Source of the DNA: Ginglymostoma cirratum
Taxonomy: Eukaryota
DNA: 64,000 nucleotides
Assembly: GCA_024137785.1 (NCBI GenBank)
Contig: JAHRHZ010000065.1
Span: forward strand, 24,914,911 to 24,978,910
Direction: 5' to 3'
Part shown: positions 52,625-63,500 of the stretch, in pieces
How positions within the stretch are numbered: position 1 is the stretch's first letter
Layout of the letters: each line of letters begins with the position of its first letter
Position numbers and translations under genes: made by a program
Notes under the pieces: generated by a model
Database searches by the model: none
What the model was told of the DNA's origin: nothing
What the model saw: only the letters and a program-made list of their open reading frames with translations

Positions 52625-53570
52625 GTGGTTTTTGGATTCAAGAAAGAAATCACAAAAAGTTGGTGGCAGGTGCAAACAATAATTAGAAAGTCCAGTGGAA
52701 TATTGGCCTTAATCTCAAGAGGGCTGGAATACAAAAGGGTGGAAGGTTATGTTACAGCTGCACAAAGCACTGGTTAGAAGCCATCTGGAGTACTGCATTC
52801 AGTGCTGGGTATTGCAACTCAAAGCATAAAATGGCCTGGAAAAAGGTGAACACAGATTAACCAGATTGAATTGGAGACTAAAATGTGTTCTATTATGATA
52901 ACAAGCTGCAAAGACTAAGCTTGTACTCCCTTAATTAGAGATTAGAATGTCATTGAGGTGTTTATAATAAAGTTAATAATTTCTTCTCTTCACTTCTCCT
53001 CTTGCAGGGCAGCATAGATCAAGTCAGTGCACACTTAAGATCACGCAATTCCAAGCGATTCTCCACACAACAGCATAAAACTGAACCAGAAAACCCAAAA
53101 AGCCTGTCAAATATAGATGGAAGGTGATATTAAATGCTCTGATTCAAGTCCACTGTGTATGTAAAAATGGCAATGCCAGATATTGGAATTTGTAATATTC
53201 ATGTTAAAGCATTAGCAGTGAGCACATAAATTTGACCTTGTAGTAACTCCTCTAGATATGGAACTGTTTTGTTTAAATCATGTATTTCCACTACTATTTC
53301 AGTTTGCAGACAGGCTTGGAAGAAATTGCTTGAGTTGATAACCACTTCATTGGCATAGGAGCCAAAGCATGGTTTCTAAGTTGCCAATGTGTGGGATATT
53401 AGACAATTAAAAATGTCAACAAATTGTGATAGACAGATTTTTGTTATGCAAGGGTACTGAAGGTTATGGAACCTAAACAAGTAAAGACAGTTGAGGGACA
53501 GACCAGATCAGATTTAAAATAAATGATAGCATAGGCTTAATGGGCTGGACAACCTCTTCTCATGTTCCCA
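52625..53570 (+). mobile_element. Degenerate CR1-like 3' fragment split by a 287-bp insertion
   Basis: gccatctggagtactgcattcagtgctgg. The tail runs to cccaaaaagc (53103) and resumes at caattaaaaat...gatagacagatttttgttatgcaaggg (53404 onward). Confidence 0.75.
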
Positions 53571-54925
53571 AAGCAGTTTAAAACTGAAAGAGATCGTTTA
53601 AAAATAAACTGGTGCTCAAAGCAAGTGCAAGCTTCAAAAATGTTACTCTCAGCACCACACAAGCACTGACCCATCTGTACACTTGGTTTATTAATGGAGA
53701 CTGAGGCTTAAATACAATTTGTGTTTACAAAGATAGCGTGCTGCAGTGCTGACCAAAGCAGCTTGTGGAATCAATGAGTCATAAACATTACTGAGCACAT
53801 ATCTGGCATCTACTTTCGACATGCGACGTGAAATCTCAAATATCATTGGGGGAGCAGGTCAATTTTCTACCCTTTACCCTAATCACGCTGTCAACATCCC
53901 TCTTTGGTGGGTCCAATGTGAGTTGGATGGTTTTTCCTCCTTTTTTTAAAAAATCCGTCTGTTGTTTCATTAGGGGTTTAGACTAGTTCCGTGGCAGGGT
54001 CCTAGCAGTATGGCCCACAATCATCTTCCTGGCCACTAATAAATCTCAATATCTTCAGGATTATTGGCTTGCACAAGTAACAGATCTCAACTAAACCAAT
54101 CAAGTTAAGAACACTCAAGCGGCGGTGATGGCCTAGTGGTATTAAATCGTTGGACTGTTAATCTAGAGACCCAGATCATGTTCTGGGGACCTGGGTTCGA
54201 ATCCCGCCATGGCAGATGGTGGAATTTGAATTCAATAAATATCTAGAATTAAGAGTCTACTGATGATCATAAATCAATTGTCAGGAAAAACCAACCTGAT
54301 TCACTCATGCCCTCTAGGGAAGGAAACTGCCACCCTTACCTGGTTTGGCCGACACGTGACTCCAGACGCACGGCAATGTGGTTGACTCTCAACTGCTCTC
54401 TGGGCAATTAGGGATGGGCAATAAATGCTGCCCTAGCCAGCAACACCCTCATCCCATGAATGAAAAAGGAAAAAACAATTCACACACTTGACATGTATTC
54501 TAAGTGGAAGCTGAAGTTTACATCCATCATAAAGCCAGTCTGAAGCCTTCCTCAATAGGAGAGGCCTGGCATAACAGAGTCCACTATTTGCTGGTCAGTT
54601 CTATACATTCCCAGCGAAGACAATCACCCAGAAATTCTCTAATATCCCACACAGTTGGCAACTGAGAAACCATACTTTGGCTCCTATGCCAATGAAGTGA
54701 TTATCAACTCAAGCAATTTCCTCCAAGCCTGTCTGCAAACTGAAATAGTAGTGGAAATACATGATTTAAACAAAACAGTTCCATATCTAGAGGAGTTACT
54801 TCAAGGTCAAATTTATGTGCTCACTGCTAATGATTTAACATGAATATTATGAATTCCAATATCCGGCATTGCCATTTTTACACACACAGTGGACTTGAAT
54901 CAGAGCATTTAATATCACCTTCCAT
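53117..54925. repeat. Long inverted repeat: arms 53117-53403 and 54638-54925
   Basis: Manual alignment gives 10 substitutions and 1 indel over 288 bp (about 96%), with a 1234-bp spacer. Confidence 0.95.
54118..54475 (+). mobile_element. Full-length family-2 tRNA-derived SINE
   Basis: A-box TGGCCTAGTGG, B-box GGTTCGAATCC, and 3' tail gggcaattagggatgggcaataaatgctg...catcccatgaatgaa. Confidence 0.9.
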
Positions 54926-54942
54926 GAGATAGGCTTGCTATT

Positions 54943-55080
54943 AATAAAACAGTGTGGATCTGGAGGAACCCAGCAGGCTGGGCAGCATCAGAGGGGCAGA
55001 AAAGCTGAGTTTCGGGTCGGGACCCTCCTTCAGAAATTTCCCATCTCTGACGCCAGCATCGGCAGTTCTTACTATCTCTA
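54943..55080. mobile_element. Rearranged pLTR unit with minus-strand hammerhead-like motif
   Basis: Minus strand reads CTGAAGGAGGGTCCCGACCCGAAACTC, followed by an opposite-orientation tail end (ccagcatcggcagttcttactatctct). Flanked by the direct repeat CTTGCTATT. Confidence 0.8.
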
Positions 55081-56548
55081 GACTTGCTATTGTACTTTTC
55101 AACTCACATGTTTCCCTGAAGCCTGAAAATTTGAAATTACGACAATAGATTAGGTTAACACATAGGTGAGATTGGATGGAAGAAGGACAATCAACAGAGT
55201 ATTCCTTAATCATTGGAATAAACATTAGAGAGACCGAAAAGCAGCGTCAACTTAAAGAAGAGAGACAAATTGTGCCTCTAAAGACAAATCAGAAACAGAA
55301 AGGAAATGAGAAGGAAGAAAGATCAAGAGAAGGACGGTATGAATGGTTTAAGTGTACAACTTGACATTTTATTAAGTGTTCCTGAAAATTTAAAAACCTA
55401 AAGGAATTAGACTTTACGCTTGCAATATTTTCGGATCCAGAAAGATCAATTGAAAGTAATTAACACTCATTTATGTTGTCAAATGGGTACTTACAGTCGT
55501 AGCAGTGTGACTTAAACTTTGTAGCAAATATAATGGGCAAATATGGCATGTTTCTAAACGTAAAGAAAAAGCCAAGGGCAAGATGCAATCTTGGCAAAGC
55601 CAACTGAAAGGCAACACAAGTCCACCACACCAACTATAAATCAGCTCCCTGCCTAAATTTGCTACATCCTTATTGACAAATAACGGTGAGCAACATTATC
55701 CTTGCTGTTATTTTGACTGCAAATTTTTGTCCATTCATCTAAAAATGTTCACGATATTCCACAGCACAACCTGACGACAAACATTGAGATAATTAGATGA
55801 CATATTGTCCAATCCGGTTTTGCTGTGTATAGAAGGTGATTCAACTGTGAACTACAGTTTTAATTTACTTTAATCCATTCAAACAATTTTTCATCAATAG
55901 ACGACTGCCTTGTTAATTATATTAAATCTGAATTTCAACTCAATTTATAATTAAAATCATTTTGCACCAAAAGACAGCAGACAAACAAGTCAGTCAAATC
56001 CTGCTAATATATAAATGGAGTAAACATTTGGATTTTTTTTAAAGCATTCAAACTGGATTATTGGATTCTGAAGCTTAAATTTTTTGCACTTTCTCTATGG
56101 GGTACAATTTTAAAAAGTCTCCACTGATTGAAGACAAAGCTAGGGAGGATTTTGTACCTTTTCATCATTCAAAATCATCTATTTATCGGTACCTGAAACT
56201 AAACCAAAGAAATGAAAGCAGCACAGACAGCCCTACCCAATATCCAGCATTTCATCTACATACTTTATCATCGTCATAAGCATTAGAACACAGCACCATG
56301 TACAAACTGTTCCTTTTGAAGTCTTCTGGAAGATCGCAGTTGTAATAAATAAAACGAAGTAATAATGAATTAATTTTTTTAAATCATCTGCATTGGCAGC
56401 TGCTGACTCCAAGTGAGAGTATGCATTATTTAAGCTGAGTAAGCTCATTTCACATTTGATAACTTGAGGTTGTCAAAGGTCAGACACCATGCTAGCAGTC
56501 CATCAAATGTAAAGCAATGTGTCAAAGGCTATTGAGGCTGCTGCCACT

Positions 56549-56562
56549 GTTGTTATGGTAAC
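56549..56562. promoter_or_regulatory. RFX X-box motif
   Basis: GTTGTTATGGTAAC fits GTTnyyATrGnAAC. Confidence 0.4.
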
Positions 56563-57417
56563 TCTATGCTCGAGTATGCATCGAGTATCAGGATAAATTC
56601 ATCACAAAAACATCCAAAAAGCCAAGGCAACTCTTAGAGTTAATCATAGGATTATACTGCATCATATGCAGCAGTTCTTGTGAGGACTATTGTTTTCATT
56701 TTTCCACATACGGAATGATTTTGCAGGTACAAGGCTTTGTGTGTAGCAAAAATCTCTTCACAACATATCAATGTGATCAAAGATATTTGTTGAACAAGTA
56801 CTTGCCTCCGGCAGAGAAAAGAAAAATCTCTGAAGCAATTCCTAACTGGCAATACATCAGACAACAAAATAAGAGACAAAACCTGCTTCACAAATTGAAA
56901 GCTCTGCAGACATTCATAGACCATTGCAAATTGAGATGTTGGAGGAAACGCAAATAAAATGGCATTCGTGAAGGCACCATTTTACAACTCAGCCACAGAC
57001 TGCAGAATCATACCCACCACTCTGAGGAAGAAGGTTTGCTACAGGTTTAAGCACGATACCAGCAACTCACCAGTTAAGCCCAGCCAGCCATCTGCCAGTA
57101 TACATCCTGGGGCCCTTTCAGATCAGAATAACCCCCATCACAGAAATGGAAAAACCTGGAAGTCGGTAGCAAGCAGTTGATTAATCAAGCTGTAGATTCT
57201 CTATTAAAACATTTTGCAGGTAATGGGTCAGCACCAGCGTTTGCCTGGCTTTCCTCTCTTAGGGCCTCCAAATAATACAATAGTCTAACCAATCCTTGTT
57301 CTGCTGCTTTATTTCAGATCCATTCACGGCCGTGGGTATACATTGAATTCTTAACAATGCCTGCCTCCATGATGAAAAAGGAAAAGTAGTTTTCTGCCTA
57401 CATAATGCCTTCCAACT

Positions 57418-57431
57418 GTTACCGTGGCAAC
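57418..57431. promoter_or_regulatory. RFX X-box motif
   Basis: GTTACCGTGGCAAC is near-palindromic, with a further GTTGCAAC half-site cluster about 10 bp downstream. Confidence 0.45.
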
Positions 57432-60129
57432 AAATGACGGTTGCAACAGGGGGGCTAGTGCAGACAAACAGACTGTACTGCAAAAGGCAGGCAATCCTGC
57501 TTCGCTCAAATATCTGCTAACAAATAATAAGTTTGCTTCCAAAACAACACCTATATAACCCTTTTAAACAATACTCCTGGTAATAAAGCTGACACTGATC
57601 AACATACAAGGATATTGCCACTTTTCTAATTAAAAACAAATACTTCTGCTCATCTTGGCTCCAAGTTACATGCTTTCTCAGACTGCACAAGGCATGATAA
57701 TCTGAAAGAACTTATTTTTCATGGCTTACATCAAGAAAAGGTAGTTACTTTTCTTAAAGGGAGAAAATTCTCAGGTGTTTAATCACCAGTTTAAAATTGA
57801 TCATAATCAGAAGATTTACTGCAATCGATAAATATTTAAAGAAATGGGAAACACAACAATGCACACTTTCAGTAGTTCAGATCTTCACCCACTCAAAAGA
57901 ATTGGCAATTACCACTACATTCATCTATTCACCTATGTCAATTTATGTCCATTAATACACGAGCTGAAACAATACTGCCAAAATATTCTTCCTATTTACA
58001 GTGGAACCAACTGGACAAGAGTTCTGAACTAATGCACCACAAAATTTAAGCAGTGAGAAATTCGTCGAATACTCCAAATGCAATTTCATGGCTGACCTTA
58101 CACTAGGTTTGGCATAAACTTGATAAATATGAGGGGGACAAAATGGAGTTACCCTTGATTTCCCAGTGGGGAAAAAGAAGTCTTATTCAATCCTGTAGAC
58201 TGAAAATAGAAAATAAATAGGCGGCAAAGGAAAATGAACTGTTGTGATGACTTCTAAATTGTCTTAATTAAATTTCCTTCAATTCTCAAATAAGAGCGGG
58301 AAGGACATCTGTGCAATTAAGATAAAACAACACATTAGGAATCCAGATCAATTTGATATGAGCATAAGCACATCCACATTGCAAAATAAATAGTCAGCAA
58401 ACATTTTTTAAAATGTGAGACACACATCACATCAGGCTTTCTGCACAGTGTTTTGGGTGTGCAAACTACAGAACATTCTACATGATTGCTGAAAAGCATT
58501 TGAGCATTTAAGTAAACTGAGGCAATGATTTTTTTCAGGAAAATGCTAATAAAAAAAATGTGACGTCAGTAGCTGTGCTTCATTACCAAATTTATCTTAG
58601 TTGTGCAAAATTAAGGCCAGTGATTTCACATAAGCATTCTGCAACAAATACGTAAAACTTTTAAATAGTCACATGTTTGGGGGCTAGTAAATAACTAGTG
58701 CAAGAGTGCTGAAAAAGCTGTGTGCTGGGTGGACAATTTAAGACAGCAATCTGTCCAACAACAGGTTTGCTAAAATTATTTTCCTTATAGTTCTCTTTTT
58801 CAGCTTGTTTTTTGTGAATATTTGTGAGCGATAAGCCGTGTAATTAGAGGAGAAAACAAACATGCCCTGGTCATCTCCAAAATAAATTGAAAATGCATTT
58901 CTACAATTTTACTTTCCAAGTATTATCAAATTGCCTTTTACCATTTTAAACTTAATTTAAGAAAACAGTCGCCTACATTTGTTTATTTGGGCCGAAGCAA
59001 ATACACACACATTCATCAGGATGTACACACTTTCAGACAGGCAGAATTTACCATTATAGCTGAGGGTGCCAAATGATTTATCATGCAACCTTTTTAGCCT
59101 GACTGATTGTAATTGTGTTTATTCTTCTGGGTCAGATAAATAAATTGATTTTCAATAGCACATTTATTACATTATTAACCCAAATGCATAATGCAAACTA
59201 ATATGCAAGTTCAATAACTAACATTTTTTCCAGTTTTCATTTCATTTTTAATTCACATTTATATTACTGTGTTACTTTTGCTGAGATGTGCAATGGGTAA
59301 CAGAATTTTAAAAGGTAATTGACTGCCCTGTTTATATGGTAATCTAGTTGGTTAAAAACTAAAGGTAAAGCTTTCTCTCAAAATAAAGATTTTTTTATCC
59401 AACTTTTTCAGACATGTACAGATTGCAACAAAGAATAGATTTAATGCTCTTACCAGTAAACATCTAAAATTTGGGTAGGTAAATCCAGTGTACCAATGTG
59501 CTGTGGCACAGCATCAACATTCTTCCATTTACTGCAAACACACAGGCCCTCACTCTAGAATTTAGCTTACAACCTTTAGGAACACCTCCTTTCAGTCTTC
59601 AAGTGTGAATAGAAGCTTTTGGTGACCTGTAAATGTAGTTCTCCCCGCTCACTCTGACCTCAGATCCTACACTGCTGCGATGACATTCAGGGTCAGCTCA
59701 AGGAACACTGTCTAGTAGCAACATAGACTGCAGATATTTCACACCAAAATGTCTGGCCCATTTCTTTGAACAGCAGCTATTGGTGATGTTTTGATTTCCC
59801 AATTGCGCTTCCTTTGGACCCATCTTTTGACCGTGATTTATTCTAATACTATCATCATTTCCCAGCACCTTCATCACTGGTGCCTTTTAACTCTCCTACC
59901 TTCCACTCAATCAAGGTCTTCTAGCACAATGGATAGCATCCCTGCCTCACAGTCAGAAGCTCTGGGTTCAAGTGCCAAAGGGATAGCTGATTTTAAGAAA
60001 ATCAGATATAAAACTTGATCAGACAGGACCTGGAGTAGATACTTCAGGTAAATCTGTCTCAGAACAGTGGGTTGCATTTTAGGAGGAAATATGGAGTGTA
60101 CATGGCCAACATGTTCCAATAAACGAAAA

Positions 60130-62030
60130 GGAGGGGACCATCAAATCCTGTGAACTCTGGATATCAAGGGATAAACAGCATTAGATTAAGACAAAAAGAG
60201 AGGCTTAAGGAGGATACCGAGGGCTCAAAACAGCAGAAGCCCTACAGGAGTATAGAATGTGCAAGAGGGAACTTAGGAGAGCCAGAACGGGTATAAGAAA
60301 GGATGCTGGAGAAAGGAAAATCTTAAATTGATTTACAGGTACATTAAGGGTAAAAAGATAATGAGAAAAAGAGTAAGGCCCAGTTAAGAACTGCAGCAGT
60401 AATTTCTGCATAGAGCCAGAGGATGTAGGAAGGGTTCTAAATTAATATTTTGTGTCAGCCTTCAATAATGAGAGGAATGATATGGGTATCGAAATCAAGG
60501 AGAAGATCAGTGATACAATTAAAGAAATTAATGTAGACAGAAAAACAGTTCTGAGTGGTCTGGTGAGTTTGGAAATAAATAAATACCCAGGGCTGAAACA
60601 AAAGTATTCCTGGTTGTTGAATCAGGCAAAGGAGAAAATAGCAAGGGTGCTTGTAAAAATTTTTAATTCCTCCCTGGCTAGGGGAAATGGGTCAGAGAAG
60701 TGAGGGACATTTGACCGGGAAATTACAGGCCAGCGAGTCTAACCTTGGTGGAGGAGAAAATGAATGGAAGCAGTTCTGAGGGACAGAATTAATCTGTACT
60801 CAGAAAGTCAGGGATTAATCAAGCTTAGTCAACATGGTTCTTATATTAAGAGGAGGTCATGTCTAACAAACTTGATTGAATTTTTTGAAGAGAAGATTAG
60901 GTATGTAGATGAGGGCAATGTTTTTGATGGCTTCTACTTGGATTTCAGCAAGTTTTTTTGCTGAGGTCCCAAATGGGAGACTGATAGCAAAGGTAAGAGC
61001 CAATGGAATCCAAGTAAGTTTGACAAATTGGGTTTACAATTAGCTGAGTGGCAGGAAGTAGCGAGTGATGGTTGAGGAGTGTTTTTCCAACTGGAAGTCT
61101 ATGTTCAGTGGGGTCCCACAGGGGCCAGTGTTGGACCCTTTGCTGTTTGTGATTTATATAAATGATTTACACTTGAATGTCGGAGGATTGATCAATAAAG
61201 TCGTAAGTTATTCAAAAAATGGCCGGGTGGTATATAGTGAGCCTTCGACTACAAGAGGATATAGATGGACTGGTCAGATGGGCTGATCATTGAGAATTGG
61301 AATTCAATTTAGATAGAATGCAAGCTGATGCACTTGGGCAGGATAAACGATGCAAGGGAATAACATAATGAACAGTAATATCCTGGGGACGCACCAAGAA
61401 TCACAAAGACCTTAGTGTGCACGTATGTTGATCCCTTAAGGTATGAGGATAGGTGGATAAAGTAGTTAAGATGGCACATGCAATACTTGGAACTATGTAG
61501 ACAGTTGATTAGGTGACAGCTAGAGTATTGTGTGTAGTTCTGGAATCCACATTATAGGAGACGTACAGAGGGGATTTAACAGGATGTTGCCTGAGCTGGA
61601 GCATTTCAGTTAGCAAGAGGGATTGGACAGACTGGGGTTGTTTTCCTTTGAGCAGAGAATCCTGAGAAGGAACATGATCGAGTTGTGTAAAATTATGAGG
61701 GCCATAGATAGGGTAGACAGGAAGAAAGTTTTCTCTTTGATGGAGGGATGAATGACCACGAGACAAAGATTTAAGGTAAGAGGCAGAAGGTTTAGAGGAG
61801 AAGTTGGGGAAAAGTCTTTTCACCCAGTGGGTGGTGGAAATCTGGAACTCACTGCCTGTAAGGGTGGCTGCGCAGAAACCCCCATAACATTTAAGTAGTA
61901 TTTAGATGCGAACTTGCGATGCCAAGGCATACAAGGCTATGGACTAATTGCTGGGAAATGGGATTCGAATAGTTGGGTGGTGGTTTTTGACTAACACACA
62001 TTCATCTGTGCTGTAGATATCTATGACTCT
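60130..62030 (+). mobile_element. CR1-like LINE, about 1.9 kb of ORF2 and 3' end
   Basis: SQHG...SCLTNLIEFFEE...YLDFSK (ORF 60764) and SGVPQGPVLDPLLFVIYINDL (ORF 61065). Tail ctatgactctatga. Confidence 0.92.
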
Positions 62031-62333
62031 ATGATCAGGACTTGATGATCAAGGAAGGTGTATTCATAAAGCGTCCAAACAGGTGGATTATGAACCTGAA
62101 AATTCTTACAACAGACACCAAAGGCAGCTGTTAAGAACAGGAGAGATTCCATGTCAACCATTTCATGCAAAAATGTTGGAGCCTCTCCTGTCACTAGCCT
62201 ACAACACGTAGGAGTGCACAATGCCACGGAAACTCAGACTTTGAGTTTATATTTGTTACATACCACTATCAACAAGCATCTTTTATTCTTCCTCAGCTAC
62301 TTTCCCCTGTATAATGTGCAACATTTTCCCATT

Positions 62334-62360
62334 CTGATGAGAGTCACCGATCTGAAACAA
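62334..62360 (+). repeat. Degenerate pLTR hammerhead-like motif
   Basis: CTGATGA-GAGTCACCGATCT-GAAAC-AA, preceded by a pyrimidine-rich pLTR-like stretch. Stem II is poor and there is no NTH triplet. Confidence 0.4.
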
Positions 62361-62381
62361 GTGAATGAATCTTACAGTATT

Positions 62382-63500
62382 TTGGCAAAGCGTCAATTGC
62401 ATCAGGTTTCATTAAGGGTTGTTCTCCACGAGGCTTAGTGAGATTTCCTGCACTATCATCTTGAACTCACCTTAATAACTACCAGTTACATCCATGGCAC
62501 CTTCTCCTCAGGTGTTATACGGACGTGTCCACTTAATGCAGTCAGAAAAACTTTCTACTGCTCAGATATCCCAGAATGGGCTGGTACCCCTGTCACTAGG
62601 CTTTAAATGCCATTGCACTCCCAGACAAGAACTGTTAGGCCAGAGCTGTCTACCACAGTTTGGACATTTGTCCTGCAGATGGCATATGAGGGGAATATGG
62701 CACTCTAGACTGCAGCCAGACACCTTGCGTGTTCTGGTCGACGGTGTGGTGCAGAGGAGGGCCACCCCCTTTCCTCGACTGGCAGAGGTGATCACAATGC
62801 CAACCCTTGCCTGCAATACAGGAAGACCTTCTCTGCTCATCCATGCTAAATGCCATTATTTTCTCTCTGCTTCCTCAGTCTTTATCTCAACTACTGCACC
62901 CACCAAGGCTCATGCTCTGCTACTTTCATAAGACATGCAGCATCTTCTCTCACTTGCTTCACCAACTGAAGGGGGTCTCCTCAGCTTGATGGGGGACTAA
63001 TGACAACCATAAGAAGCTTCCTGGCTTTCTATCTGCAGTAAATGGCAAAGCAACACAAAAGGACTGGGAGCTTGGTAACTTTGGCTGAAACAAGCCAAGA
63101 CAGGAATGCTGTGAGCATCCAGTTAGACTTAGAGCGAGTGAGTTCTACAGAGATCAAGCGAGCGGCCATGAGGTCCAATCAGTGAGCTAGGTACCTGTCC
63201 CTGCCCAAAAAGTCTCCTTGAAGCAGCATTGCACTGATTGTTGCCAGTGTGCCTGAAGGGGCACCAATAAGGTTCACCTGCGATGAAGATAGGTGGCATG
63301 TGCCCAATGCCAAGCTGTGTGGACGTGGGGTGCATGTGGCCACTGTCCATGGAGTGTATGCTCAAAGGCTGATGCAGGTACCTGAGATAGAGGTCTGAAG
63401 GTGACAACAGCAAACTGGAGTCTCCCAGAACCTGTTCAGACTTTCATTGCAGAAGTTCTCACTATCTTTCTTCATCACAGCAGCTGGTAGGATAAGACGC
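62382..63500 (+). mobile_element. Possible degenerate PIF/Harbinger-derived element (Myb/SANT-like remnant)
   Basis: GC-richer block. DTLRVLVDGVVQRRATPFP in ORF 62494-62931 resembles the first helix of Harbinger Myb-like proteins (L.VLV..V..R...LF). TIRs are only weakly suggested. Confidence 0.35.

Noticed and set aside
53117-54925. Inverted repeat as TIRs of a single DNA transposon
   Set aside because: The CR1 tail continues inside the left arm boundary, there is no TSD outside the arms, and the spacer has no transposase.
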